From positions 13,904,359-13,968,358 of the forward strand of contig OZ316893.1 in NCBI GenBank assembly GCA_973895155.1: a stretch of 64,000 nt of DNA. Direction: 5' to 3'. Below the pieces are notes generated by a model. The model did no database searches, had not been told where the DNA came from, and saw nothing but the letters and a program-made list of their open reading frames with translations. The translations under genes and the position numbers were made by a program. Source of the DNA: Marsupella aquatica (Eukaryota > Plantae > Marchantiophyta). Positions 22,775-36,278 of this stretch are shown in pieces (within the stretch, counting starts at the first letter, position 1; every line of letters starts with the position of its first letter).

Positions 22775-25363
22775 CATTTTGCCCCTACTGTCTACGTGGT
22801 GGAAGTTTTTAAATGCGTTGCTATTACTATCATGATATGAGGAAAACAGATGCTATATAGTGTTTTGGTCTCTTCTGTATCGGATTATACCTCATCTGCT
22901 GTGGCTAAGAGGGGTTGCTGTTTCATGGGGCATGAGTATTATTTTCTTTATAGAATAAGGAAGATACAAATAGAATCACTCACATCAGAGCTGATTTGCC
23001 CACCAATGAAGTACGTCAAATCGTAATCTCTAAAATTTTCTTCCAATAATGTTTCATACGTAATTTCCTTTTGGCTGCCCCACCTTCCAGGCTGGTTTTT
23101 TTGCATTGTTCAATAAAGAGAACTCTTTAGAGGCAGAGTAATAAAGATTCAGGGTCGCTTTTCCTAGCAAAGTGTTCCATATTTTTGCAAGCCCAGTGGA
23201 GCTCACACAGTGTTCAAGTTTAAGTAAAGACCCCAGGTCATGCTATTCGTCAAAAAATCATTATGCTTCCTTTAATTCTCTTCTTTAATTAATCATAGAA
23301 AAAAATGATACCATGAGTTTCGAGTACTCTTCTTACAATATGGTCTAAATGCCTGCTCTATTGCATCAATTTCAGAATGCTTAGCAAATTTGTTATTGTA
23401 TTATTTCTAGAATAGATCAGCAAAACAATACATTTGTTGTCTCCATCACAAGATTCCAACAACTTGCTGACCACTACTATTGTTGTTTGGATCAAGCAAT
23501 TTTAATTCACTGAGTGACGAGATTATCCATCAAATTATGAACACCAAGTGCAACTGCAACCTCATTGCCATGTTTGAGGACAACAATGCTCATGCCACCT
23601 TTAAAATAGAATAAGATCTGAGAGTGTGGAATGAAAATTTCAAATTGTCAATAGCTAATCAAACACAAGTACCAGAATTTGGGGAAATTATGATGTGTCT
23701 CAAATCGGGAAAGAAAGTCATTTATCAATAAGTTAAAATAGCATGGTCTCAGAACTGGCCAGCTATATATCATGTGACTGAAGTTCTTTAAACAAAGGTG
23801 GGGAAGGTCTTGAGATAAAAGTTTCATAACAATTGACTACCGATGCAATTGCCCACCATGCTAGATCAAGGACATCTGCTAAGGGAACAATGTGAAGATA
23901 CGTCATAAGCTACGCCTGGATGTTCACATTCACCCTCATTATCTGACTCAAACTTTGTCAAAAGTGTAATAATAACCATTGTTCCCATTCAAGTTCACAT
24001 CCCGAGAGGTAGAGCTCTAGTGGAGTTACCATATCTAACTAATAATTTGTGATCAAAAGCACTCTGGGACCTGTGGTCTAGAGTGAAGCCTTAGTACATT
24101 ATTATATTACTGAAAATGTACAAATAAATGAAGTGCTCCAAATAGCAAATGTTTACAGTTTGCTAGTGATATTCCTGTTTGGTAAAAACAAATTGTCTTT
24201 TAGGTCATTATGACTCACCCACAACAAGACAGACAGCACATGATTTATTTGTAGAGGAAAATAGGTCATATAATGTTTGTGGCTTCAAAAGGATGACGTG
24301 GCTGCATGAGGAAATTAGAATTCTCAAGTTCATTTAAGAAAGGACCCCTTAATCAAAGAAAATAACATAATTACTAAGTTTTCAAGAAGAGCAGTTGGTA
24401 TGGGTCCTCAGATCGGCAGTAGTTATTAGCCCAATAATTAATGGCCAGACTCCATTACGGAAGGGCGAATGGGCGACGGTGTTTCTTATTATTTAATTTA
24501 CAACAGTCTCGTCCCTGTTCTCCATGCCAAGCGTGAGCTTTGAGGCTCGGAAGATCCTGACCCAGACCCAGCCGGGGATCTTGCAAATGCCCAGACACCA
24601 GTCCTGTTCCAAGAATTTAGGCCATATAAACCGTTAGATCATGCAAAGAGGTCATGGACTACCGTCGATCACTCCCCAACTAGGGGGCGCCTCTAGTTGA
24701 AAGGTATATGGCCGGGTAACTGACAGGATCAGGCTCGGACATCCGTCCGAAGGGAGGCGAGGGCAGCCTCGGCTTTACGGCAGGAAAAGCCTCGGAGGCT
24801 CGGGACAGGCTCGGCCTCGACCGTCGTCGGCTCTGGTTCTGTCATTTCAGTAATCGGTTCTGAGGGAAGAGGAGCTTTTTGCTCGAGCGAAAAGCAGAGG
24901 AGATTTCGGTTGTTTTGGAGGGGATGGCCGACTCGATCGCGGAGTAGGAGACACATTTTTCCACGGGTTTGCTCTCTGATCCGATCTGGTCTGGTCCGCG
25001 GTAGATGTGGCGCATATTGTGGAGCTTGTGGGTAGCTCGATTGATGACGTTTCGGTGAAGATCGAGGTGCGTTTGGAAGGGCGTTGGGAATAGCTCAGAG
25101 GCGAGGTTCTATCTATGTGCCTGGTGGTGTAGATCTGCTCTGGCGCTATTCGGAAAGGCGATACGAGAGATTCACGCACGGTTAGAGCTGGTTTGGTTTG
25201 GTTTGATTTGGTTTTCTTCGGATTTGTAGATCTTTGTAGCTGTAGAAAAGCGAGCTGTTATCTAGTCGCGGTTGAGGGAAATCGGAGGACGAAGCTTCTG
25301 CCGAGGAGGAGGAGGAGGAGAAGGAGCCGCATACGAGGTGGAGAGGAGAGGAGGGGACTCAAA

Positions 25364-28300
25364 ATGGGGATGTTTTTGTCGAGACTTTTCACCCAATTTT
25401 TCGGGGACAAGGAGGCCCGAATTCTCGTTCTAGGGCTTGATAATGCTGGAAAGACCACCATTCTTTGTATCCTTGTCATACTCTCTGTTTTCTCTTTAAG
25501 TCTCCCTTGTTCCCTTGGTTCTCCGTTTCTGCTAACAATAGATGTCGAAGGTTTTGTGTGCCATTCCACTTTGACTATCTCATGAACGAATCGTACTCCC
25601 TTAGCTGGCCTGTCTGCTTTGCTCCGAATCTGAGATCTGTGACCATTGTTAGTATTGTCGTTGACCAAGTGTGCTGAGCTAGCACTGGGTTGTCACAGTG
25701 CCTGTGAATCTCATTTACACTCACTACGAACCGAAAATCTTTCAGGTCGTGCTTTCACGGTGTTTAAGACTCACAATTGGGTTCCCGACGTCTCTGGGGA
25801 CCAATGTAGTTAAATGTAGCAACATGTAGCAAAATTAGAGAATCTTGCTTGCATATTTAGGTCACGTTCAAACCTATTCCTTTTGCATATGTCCTTAATT
25901 CAAGTTCCAGATCGACTGCAAGTGGGAGAGGTGGTGGCGACCATTCCAAGTATGATTCTCTTCCTTCTTCCCTTTCTGTTTACTATTGCAACCTGATTTT
26001 GCAACTTTATTTTACTTTCCATGCCTAGTTGAGACCTCGTTGGCTTAAAATGGGCTTGATATTGCATGCAATTATCAGCTCGTTCTTTCTCCTTCTCTTG
26101 CTCACAACACAGTAATATGTAGCCAACTATAATATATTGTAGAAACACTTTCAAACCCCCTGCAAGGCCCCTATCTGGTTAGGCACACCTCGTTAAATGT
26201 CTCTTGTGAGGCTGTTACATCTCCTGAAAATGAATTGAATGGATATATTCATATTCTCCATGAATTAGATATCTTCTGTAGGTGTTTCCATTGGCCAGGA
26301 TAAGACCAACAGGGTCACAAGTTGTGAAAAATAAAGCAACCTTCAAGTCAACCGACCATCCATCTGCACGAGTGCAGTTATTATGAGGGTGTGAGAGGAT
26401 GAAAACAGTTGGGGTTGGTGCGGCGGAAGTAAAGCAGTGGTATTTTACTCTGGTAGCTCTTACAGCAGAGCCACTCGAAACCGAAGTTTGGGTCCTTTGA
26501 ACAGAACTTGAGGACCGGGTCTAGTAGTCGATGATCACCACGAGAATTTGACAAAGACGTTCACTAGGACATCACACAAAGTGAATCAAAGAGTAATAAA
26601 TAAATGAGAATACGTTGGCTAGTAGTTTAACGACTGTCCTTAGAGGGCAAAGGTGTGGATAAAGCTTTTAAAATCTCTTTGTGTATAAGTTGGAATCTAC
26701 GTTTTTCCCCGTCTAGAACATTATAGTCCGTATTAACCAAAATCTGGAAATCATTCCACACTGGATTGCTTTTCTTCCCTACAAGTTACCGTTACTCATT
26801 CTTTGTGTCTGTTGGTCGTCTTATGTGGCAGCTATTGGATTCAACGTCGAGACTGTGCAATATAACAACATTAAATTTCAAGTTTGGGATTTAGGTGGGA
26901 TGATAACGTCCACTTATTAATGAACAACATCTTATTCTACACGCCTAGGGTTGATGGGTTCATGTAAAATCTGTTGATTGTCAATTCTACCTGGATTTGT
27001 CCTGTCTGCGTGATCACTGGAGTCCGGTTTTGATGCTAGCAAGCCTTTGTACATTACGAATAGGATAGGACGTTAATTCCACTATTCTGTGCACTTGAGT
27101 AGCGATGCATGTTGAAAATTTCCTGCCATCCGTATACTATGATTTTCTTACAATTGGGGTCGTTGATTTTGTCCATGTGGTGACTCCAGGTGGTCAAACA
27201 AGTATTAGGTAACCACTCATGACTTCAACCGATGTAGATCTGTTTGATTGAGTCAAGGGGTCTTGGTATTAGACTCTAATTCAGATGTAGACTCTGTACG
27301 TTTCCTGTGTCACTCATGGCCCTCTCTTTTGTCTTTCCCAGTTCCAGCTTCTACGATTTTTTTACGCCTGCTTAACGCCGTATTGGATAAATTTCATTGT
27401 GAGTCGGAGTACACACGAACAGAATTATTTGGTGCATTCTGAAATTTATGCGTATAGTGGATGACCAGGTTAAGGTATTGTGAGGTGTCCTATGGCCAAG
27501 GTGTTTACGCTCATGTCTTCTCTAGTCCGTTGACCGACCCTAAAATTGGCTCATGCAGACCCTACTGGCGATGTTACTTCCCCAATACACAAGCAATTAT
27601 CTACGTCGTAGATTCAAGTGACACTGATAGGATGGCTACCGCGAAGGAGGAGTTTCACGCTATTTTAGAGGTAAGTGTTCTGTTTTGAGAATCAGGAACC
27701 AACTTTCTTCGGACAAGAACCGGAGCCTTCAAAGCATTGGTTTAAAGGCAACGAATGAGTAGATGTCTCTTTGATAAACGAACTTTCTATTCACATCAGG
27801 TGGTGTTTCACTTGACAGGAAGAAGAGTTGAAAGATTCTGTGGTTCTCATATATGCAAATAAACAGGTACAGTGTAGTCGTTAAATTTGTCCTTGCTCCT
27901 GTATTTTGCTCTTTTCTCAGCGGACTTGATACGTTTGGAATGTTCTTGGACAATTCTTTGCTTGAAGTTCTATTGTGTTGCCCTCTCAATCTGAATGGAA
28001 TACTTGTTGACAAAGTTTCGCAAAATCAGCTGGAAGAAGCCAATATTTTGTTTCTGTGATGATCTCAGGATCTCCCTGGAGCACTTGATGATGCATCTGT
28101 CACAGAGGCCTTGAATTTGCACAAGATCAAGAACAGGCAATGGGCTATTTTCAAGACGTCAGCATTGAAGGGAGAGGGCTTATTTGAAGGCTTGGATTGG
28201 TGAGTTGGGTCCCTTTCTTCTTACGAGGTTACGCCACAGACTACACCCGTTCTTTTGTCGAATTTCAACAGTCAAGATCCCTTTTGCGAGGGGCATTGTC

Positions 28301-28707
28301 AAGGTTGTCTGTTTATATAGAGGATCACCTATTTGTGTTAGCTACCATGATATATAGTGTGCCAGGAAAGATGAATACGCCTAAGCTGTGGGAATCCTTT
28401 GTGATCAAGGCCTGTGGCAAAAAGGATGTTCTGAATATTTTCAGATAGTCTTCATTTGGGAAAGGATGTGCTGTACAATTTTTTCGGGATGTGGATACTT
28501 TGTCATTATATTTTCCGAGGTTAACATCTCTTCTAGGATTTAAACTCAGGGTTGGGGTAGTTGTTTCTAACTGGAGGATTCAAGTGGTTTCTGTCGATTG
28601 TGCTTTGAGCTTGTCGATCATTCTTCCAGTCACATCCATCTAACGTGGATCTTATCTGGTGTGGCTTTGTCAGGCTCAGTGACACCTTGAAATCCAGAGG
28701 GAGATGA
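25364..28707 (+). CDS. ARL1: ARF-like GTPase ARL1, 182 aa. Exons 25364-25466, 25911-25949, 26832-26894, 27190-27208, 27559-27670, 27819-27866, 28069-28199, 28674-28707
   Basis: MG myristoylation start, [36 protein letters not shown] (ARL1 signature), [14 protein letters not shown]; exons sum to 549 nt. Confidence 0.95.
25467..25910 (+). other. U12-type (minor spliceosome) GT-AG intron, ARL1 intron 1
   Basis: 5' site GTATCCTT; branch point TCCTTAAT at 25892-25899, 11 nt before the intron end; no polypyrimidine tract. Confidence 0.85.
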
Positions 28708-30657
28708 TCAATGTGGTGGTACGTCCCTTTACTTACTGCCATAAATGTGTTTTTAAGTTGCCTCGTTTCAAACTAGGTTGGCTATTGCGTCGAGCGTTTC
28801 TTCGAAGCCTTATTCACCTGTTTATGGCATAACGGGATATGTTGGTCTCGGTTGATTATAGAGTACCAGGATGAATCTCAGAGGTGGGGTTCTATTCATT
28901 TATTTTAGGTGTTTAGGAGTATGGCCTGAATGTGTCTCAGGGATGTTATAGGCTTTCCCTAACTACAAGCCCCCTTCGTAGGATAGAGAAACCTTTTCGT
29001 TTCCAGTATTGCTGAAGCAAATGTTGCATTATGAGCTTAATGAAGTGTGTTGGGTGATTCAGAATTTCTGGCCTCCCTTTTTGTTTTCTGCTCAGGAAGC
29101 AGCTGCTTGTTCAATGTCATGCCGCCTCCTAAGCCGGGTGGTAAGGCTTCTCTTAGTCCTGAGAATGGAAAGGTGCTGGAGGTATTGTGGACATTGTAGT
29201 CCAAGCTGGGAATTCATACAAATGAGATTGAGGTTAGACTCTGTATTCAGAGGCAAAGATCCAGGATTGGTTGAGACTAGCAATCTTTGCGTCCTCTCTT
29301 TACGAAGCAGAAAAGTTTTAGACCGAGGAAACTCCTATATAAGCCAGGCTCTTCACAGACGGAAAGCAGCAAGCCCTGCCACTGTTGTATAGGAAAACTA
29401 AAGTCATCCCCATTTATAGCTGTGAAGTAGATCGTATTACCAGTGCAATGTTGAAAGTGCCTACGAGAGGACTCGTCAGGACTTCTACAACCGATGCTAG
29501 TTTATAAAAGAGAGGCCACGGATTTTTTCTTCAGAAGGGTGCAGTTGTTAGCCACAATTTCTAATTATTGGCATCATTTCTGGTGCATTTTCTGTTGATT
29601 TTATTAAAGGGAGAGTGTTGTCTGCACTATTTTCTCTCGTTTCTGAAGACTCTACAACACGCGAGAGATATGTGAGAACTACAGTAGTTACTTTGAAGAA
29701 ACGTATTTTCCGTATGCCACCGGTGTCATGAAAGGATTCTCGTCCTTAGGTGTAACGAACTAGGTGATACAACTGCACTAGAGCGCGGAGGGGTACTTCG
29801 AGCTCCTCCATCTTATTGGTGTCAATTGCGGCCACAAATACCTGATCACTGGTGCCAGGGTTCTGCATTGAGGGAATTGTGATCCTGGGCTTCTGCTGCC
29901 CACCAATGCAGGCCGGAAATTGAAGTGGGTCTAATTTTTTGATGCCTTCAATTATGCAAGAGTCCCAAGTGAGCTGGCTTACTATAGCAACAACTCTCTC
30001 AGCATGTTGTACTGGAAGCTGTTGGTAAAATTGGCGGAATGTTGGCAATTACCTTGCCAACATTAAGGGCAGGATGTACTGGTAACAGCGAGTGGGTAGT
30101 TATTCTAATCATTCGACTCCATGAATGTACAACTAGTCCGATAATTTGAATGAAGCCGCTGCACCATGTGAAAAAGATAACGGCTGTACATTTCTCCAAT
30201 CTCATTTCGATTTCGATTTTGTAAGATACTGGAGTTGAACTACTGTAGTGGATTCCTGCATTCTTTGCCCATTCCCATGGTCAAATTTTGATAAGCAAAT
30301 GAGGCACTTCAATGCTCAATTTCTGTAATCAGACGGTAGTGAACAGGCTCTTTAAGCCTGTCCCAATTTCCCCATTTGAATTTTGAAAAGTGTCGTGAGA
30401 GCGGTGTCCCCAGGGAAGCACCTCGTCCCACAAATCTAACTCCAGCAAAAGTTGTGTCGGGCCAAAAGTATCGTAATGCCTGCCATGAGAGTGTTGTCCC
30501 ACAAAAGCACCTTGGGGTTAAGCTCGGAACAATGCCTTCCCCCTGACCCTACGCATGAAGGCCATCCTAGAGAAATATATTTTTGTAATATGAAAAAGGG
30601 GCCTGTTTGTGGCTGTTTGGGGGTGTTTCTCAGGGAGTGTCATAGCTTCAGAGGTAG

Positions 30658-30733
30658 GGATGATGGCTTTTGGCCCTAAACAAATGGCCATAGGTGGGGA
30701 GGATGGCTTTTGACCATCAACAAATGGCCATGG
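30658..30733. repeat. Imperfect tandem duplication of about 40 bp
   Basis: GATGGCTTTTG.CC...AACAAATGGCCAT twice. Confidence 0.6.
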
Positions 30734-31514
30734 TTTGTTTGCAGGGTTATTTAAAAACTGATTATTTATTAATTTTCACTAGCCTCTATAGGGATTTATG
30801 GTCAGGGTATATGACTAATCTTAATGACAAAAACTTGTGAATAGTGACTTTGGTAATCCATAACTTTTTCAGTCCATAACTTTATTGTCAATTGTTTATG
30901 GAAGATTTACACTAAAAACATCCCTTCTCTCTACAAAATTTTTCTATCATATTCCATGGAAATGGAGGGTTGTTGTTTGTATCATTTCACACCAGGAATG
31001 AGTATATTGATTTCTGCTCCCAGAAATGTAGTTTTTGATCGAATCCTATCGACTCTCCACTCCACAAGTTTTGCTCAAGTCCTGCCAACTACCCCACAAT
31101 GCTTTCTCTCTTTTCTGGTCTATGGTAGAGTGCTATCACTTGTTTCCCAATTTCCCTCATTGTGGATCTAAAGTCTATGCAAAAATCTTAAGTTGTAGTA
31201 ACTAGTAGACTTTGTGGGAAACAAAACACATTAGGGAAGTGGAACCACAAATGACAATCAAGCGAAAAGGGAGTCACACAAAATTTGAACACAACCAAAT
31301 TTGATGGGAAAAAGTTGAATTGCAAAGACAACCCGGCCTCGGGCCCAGCCTCCTATTGCTTGTCTAATATCTTTGGTCCTCCCTAGGATTGAATTGCTAG
31401 TACTCTTCCTACCTCACTACTTTGGACGAGATCACTACCCTTACATAATTCCAAATTTGTCAACTTCTAGAATATGTTCCTCCCTCCATTTATCGGGGGC
31501 CCAAACCCAACACA

Positions 31515-31886
31515 TGTTGAGTAAAACACCTGTTACTTATAAGACAACATGCATATAAGCAACATCAACCGAATACACAAGTAGTTGACATAGGAGATAT
31601 GCAGTTCACCTCACCAAAGGTTACGTGCAATGGAACACACGAAAGAGCTTTATGGAACTCTAAACATGTCGGCCATATTGAGTCTCCCTGACTAAGTTCT
31701 TCGTACCGCTCTTGTCCCGCTCTTTGTATGTCCCAACAGGCTCTGTAACAATGAGCCTAAGTTCCACCCACTAACTCCTGCTAATGTAAATAGTAGTTGT
31801 ACATCTAATTGTAATGAAACAGCTGACTACGGTTTGACTAGTTGCAGTTACCTAGTAACTCTAGACGTAAGAGTATATGCCTAAGA
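31515..31886 (-). mobile_element. Diverged solo LTR related to the Copia LTR at 46831/53477
   Basis: Starts TGTTGAG, shares GTTCACCTC, GGAACACAC, AAGAGCTTTA and GTAACAATGAGCCTAAGTTCCACC with the LTR; ends CTAAGA (for CTAACA); 5-bp TSD ACACA at 31510-31514 and 31887-31891. Confidence 0.75.
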
Positions 31887-32309
31887 ACACATACAAATGG
31901 TGTGGCCACCACCCTCCTTGGCGGTACCCACTAGTCATGGCTAACAATGGCTCCTCTTCTTCTTTGGTGATCTGTAAAGCCATGTAGTCCCAGTAGGCTG
32001 CCTTGTATCTCCAAATATGAGCTATTGTGAATTTAGGTGCATTGGGTGGCAGTCTCATCCATTTCTTTCTGGTTTGTACAGCCCAAAGGGTACTCATTGG
32101 TGACAATAACCCCCAATCCATTCCCTAGCTTGGCTCAAACAACCACCACACTCCGAATGGAATGGTAGGAGGTTCACTCAATGATCAATCCCCTTCCTTA
32201 GATCGGACAGCCACCACACTCCACTCTCTACCCAGTTTGAACTCAAATCATCCAAGTCCTTCCTGGTCCTGGCTGCTGGTCTGCAACCATACCTGATAGC
32301 AACGTCACA

Positions 32310-32930
32310 GTGTGGAAAAAGAAACAAGACTGAGAAGAAGGAAGGGAAAACACAGGAATATACTCTGGCCAAGAAGGAACTAGAAAAAATGAATGGAAAA
32401 ATAGAAAAGAAAAGGGAAAGGATCCCTTTTACAGAAAAAAGTTTAGACACCAACCAGATAGAGAGAGAAAACACAAGGAGGTTCAAAGCAACAGGAAGAA
32501 AAGCGAAAAGGGGAAAACAGAACTTTTGGGAAAAAGGCCAATGAAAATTTAAACAAAAGGACCTGGTCCCCAAAAGGAGGAGTCAAGGCTGGGAGCAAAA
32601 AGGGACCACAAAGGGAAGGGAAAAGAACAAAAGGGTATTTGGCTCAAAGGCGAAGGTATATATGGACAGTCAAAAGCAAGAGGGGCAAACAAGGCGAAGG
32701 GAAGGGAAGGGAAGGACTCTGGCAGGGGAGGGACAAAGGGAGAAAGCACAAAAGGAAAGGAAGTCAAAACCAAGAGCAAGAGGAAAATGTGGGTACAAAG
32801 ACAAGCCAAAAACAGAAGAAGAAAGACACCACAAGAAAAGAAGAGGGAAGGGACTTGGCCCAAAGCCCAGTGGGGAGAAAATAAACTGGAAGGGAACAAA
32901 AACTGAGCAAAAAATAGGCAATAGGTTGGC
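32310..32930. repeat. Purine (GA)-rich low-complexity tract, probably old retroelement non-coding sequence
   Basis: Strong A/G strand skew; ORFs over it are compositional artefacts. Confidence 0.5.
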
Positions 32931-34996
32931 TAGTATTCAGGTATAGAGAAGACCCCACAGCAGCGCAAATGTAGGGACTAAAAAAATGAGAAGGGGACAA
33001 GGGGTCGAATAGGACACGGTTCCTCTCTTATTCTGGAGAGTCTCTGATTAGACCTTCACCTTTTCTCCCAAAACAAATCAAAAACAAATGTGGCCAACCT
33101 TGCTGCACCTGCTCCCATGAGGTCTGTCTCCTGGAAATCTCTTCTACTGAAAGCCAAGGCCTCCTTTTGTGGCCACCTGCCCCTCGACTCCCAATCTGCC
33201 TACAGAAGCCCACAGAAATAGCAGCCCGCTGTAAATAAAATTGGATTCGCTTCAATCTGGAAGGGATCCCCTTCCCTTGCACAGCAGCTCCATATTAAAG
33301 CCATGGCCCTTTCAAAAATCCGGGCTCCTGTTGTAATAGGGATCCCCTTATACACCCACCGGGGAGTCACGTCCGCAAAAATGACATATCACATGCAACA
33401 AAGTAGAGGTTAGTTTTATTGGTTCTGACTTCAAAATATCTGTTTAAGAACCTGAGAGTCAGTGTTATAAATCTCATTTTTGAGACTTATAAGGATAGGT
33501 AGGGTTTTAAAAACCAAACTAATAGGGGTAAAACAATTCCAAAATTTCCCCAAAGTTTTAGGGTATAAAGTTTTAGTTTCCTCAAAATGTTGCAGGTGAT
33601 GTGGGGGGCTCCAATTGGTGAGACCCCAGGTATACACTGGGACTTGTAATTGAGGGGTCCCCTCTGTGGCAGTGCTCCCCTCCTGGTGTCTTTGCGTGGA
33701 AAATTGAAAAAAGGGAATTTTTTTTTTTGCTAGGGTTTCTTCCTTGTACAGAAGGAGTTTGGTTTGATGAATATAATTGGAAATTTAATATTTTGTTGAA
33801 ACTGAGAAGGGAGTTAGACAACTCACTTTTTTTAATGGAGTCTTATTTCAAAGAGACAAAGAAATTTAAGACAAAGACAATTTATTGGGGTAGAAGAGTT
33901 AAATGAGAGAAAAGGGGAAGAGAAACCCAGTAAGGAGGCTTTAAGACAAAGAGCAAAACAAAACTGGAGTGGAATTTAATTTTGACTTAATAAGGAAAGA
34001 AGACTTAGAAGAATGAAAGAGTTGATTTCTTTTGCTGACATGTGGTGAAAGGTAGTTAGATTTTGAGATGGAAAAGGGAAGAAGGAATCCAAGCCTTTGT
34101 TTATCGTTCCAAGGAAGCCTTCGTTTATCTTGTCACATCCACTTATTGTCGTAGATGAGCTTTTGAGGGTCACATACAAAATTCAATTTTATGCATCTAA
34201 GTCTAAAGCAACAACACACTTTGGTAATGTGCTATACCTGAAAGGATTGAGCTGGACCCCTGTTTATGATCTAATGTGCTGATGTGGCCACATGTGTTGC
34301 CAAAGACTTAGAACTAACTTCTCATTGGTCAGGAAAGAGTCATTTGTCTCCATGAATGCCCTAAAAATTCAGGTTGAATGACAATATCAAGGCTCAATAA
34401 TGAGCCTCACACACTTCCTGCCAGTGACAACTCTAGCTGCCCACAAAGAAGCCCGATCACAATTTTGTCTGTGTGAAACCTTTTGAATGAACCCCACTTT
34501 TGGGCAGGGTTCTGTTACAAAAGAAAGTGGTGCCCAACCAGACTTGAACCCAAACACCTGTCACAGTCAACTCTGCTAGCACAACATCTGTTGCACTGCA
34601 AGTGTCTTTCACTTCTTCTACTTATGTCCTTTTTGGGGTCGTGCAATGGCGGCGGGCAGTCAGCAGCAACCTCCCTAGTCATATGGGACTATGCATTAAT
34701 TACCATTAGTATTATCAATGGCGCTAAATTAACCTTACTCTGCAGTTTCTCCATGAATGCCCTGCAAATCACAAAGAGTCAATCACTCTTCTCCATCAGT
34801 GGCCACAACTACAAAGAGGAGTCTGCATTTTTCTTTTTCTCTATGAATGCCTCTATTAAGGCCCAACTTGTATGTGGCAGCCCTGAAGAAAGCGATGTGG
34901 TTTGCAAAACCCTCTGCAAAAAGCAAATATAGATTGATAACAAGATCTTCTGCACTGTAAAGTTTGCTTTTGTTTTATTATGAAATCAAAGGTCAA

Positions 34997-35201
34997 GACC
35001 TCAAGGGTTGGAAAGTTTCCAGCCCTTGCCCTTGGATTCCACAAATATTTCCGTTAGGTTGGGACTTCAAGGGACGGAAAGTTTCTGACCCTTGCCCTTG
35101 CCCTTGCCCTTGGGATTCCACAAATATTTCAGTCAGGTTGGGACTTCAAGGGACTGAAAGCTTACCCTTGCCCTTGGGATTCCACAAATATTGCTGTCAG
35201 G
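34997..35201. repeat. Minisatellite, about 3 copies of a 60-75 bp unit with a variable (CCCTTG)n block
   Basis: GACTTCAAGGGAC.GAAAG...(CCCTTG)2-4 GGATTCCACAAATATT repeated. Confidence 0.85.
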
Positions 35202-35474
35202 CATGACACAGGAGGGGGTTCGGGCACATAAAAGCTCACTCTTATGCTGACATAATTATTTGAAGTTGAGGGCCACATACTTAAGAACCCTGGACATGCA
35301 AGTTGGGCCTAATAATTTCAAAGAATGGGTGGTTCAGGCTAGTCTCTAGTATTGAGCGGAGGCTTTACCCCCCTTATATCTGTCCTCACCACCTTCTTTT
35401 GACAGAGGGTGTCTGTTGCACCCAGGCTTTCACTCTCCTTTGTAGGGTTGCGAGAGTTGGTTTTTGGGTTTCTA

Positions 35475-35818
35475 TGTTAGATATTGCTCTAGTCTTGTGA
35501 CTCATAAGCTAACCACAGTTAGTCTAACTCGGGTTAGGACTTAGCTAAAGTTAGCGGTAGTGCTGTTGTGCATATAGCCAGGGCTGATGCCAAACCCTGG
35601 TGGAACTTAGGCTCATTGTTACGGAGCTAGTTGAGAGATAGGGAGAGCTTGTGCTGTGGATGCTTGGTATGACCGGTCGGTCTAGAGTGCAGTAAAGCTC
35701 TTGTGTGTTCCCGTGGACGTAGCCTCATGTGGAGGTGAACCACGTATCTCTCTGTGTCAACTATTGTGCGTTGGATGGTTTATGGGCTTGCCGTTGCGAA
35801 TGTCATCTATGCTCGACA
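35475..35818 (+). mobile_element. Solo LTR (344 bp) of the same Copia family, inverted relative to the full element
   Basis: TG...CA; reverse complement aligns end to end with 46831-47174; TSD TTCTA at 35470-35474 and 35819-35823. Confidence 0.95.
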
Positions 35819-36212
35819 TTCTAGACAGATTCCACTTTGTGACCCTCTTATGTAGTGTACTTTGGAGCACTACGTGTGCTTTTCAGTTCTCCGCCCAGTG
35901 GGGTGTTTACTTAGTCTTCTCGACTATTTTGTGGGTTCTGTGTAGTCTGTCTTTGTTCCTTTGTTCTGTGGGGGACTCCTTCGGTTGTTGGACCCTTTGG
36001 TCTTCTTTGGGCCTTCTCCCGTCCCGCCCCCCCCCCCCCCCCCCTTTATGAGAGTGTCTCAATCTTTGTGCTTCTTGTTTGTAATCCAGGCTATTGACTG
36101 CAAAAATAGTAGCCAGGAAGTGGTTTTTCTGGCACAGGGGGGTGGAACTTTGAGAGAGGGCTCCTAGCAAGTAGGTCTCCCATCTGCAAAAAAGCCTGGA
36201 CAAAAAAGTGCA

Positions 36213-36278
36213 GTCCCCAAGTAGGTTTACCACACATTTTAAGTCGTCCCCAAGTAGGTTTACCACACATTTTAAGTC
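36213..36278. repeat. Perfect 33-bp tandem duplication
   Basis: GTCCCCAAGTAGGTTTACCACACATTTTAAGTC x2. Confidence 0.9.

Noticed and set aside
24729-25179. Minus-strand ORFs divergent from ARL1
   Set aside because: GC-rich promoter/5' UTR sequence, no downstream exons or homology evident
29746-30205. Minus-strand ORFs downstream of ARL1
   Set aside because: No recognisable motifs or splice-consistent gene model
32178-33000. Several Phe/Leu-rich or Lys/Gly-rich ORFs
   Set aside because: Artefacts of the GA-rich low-complexity tract
34525-34590. tRNA-like fragment (GGTTCAAGTC...CACCA) on the minus strand
   Set aside because: No complete cloverleaf or box A; at most SINE debris
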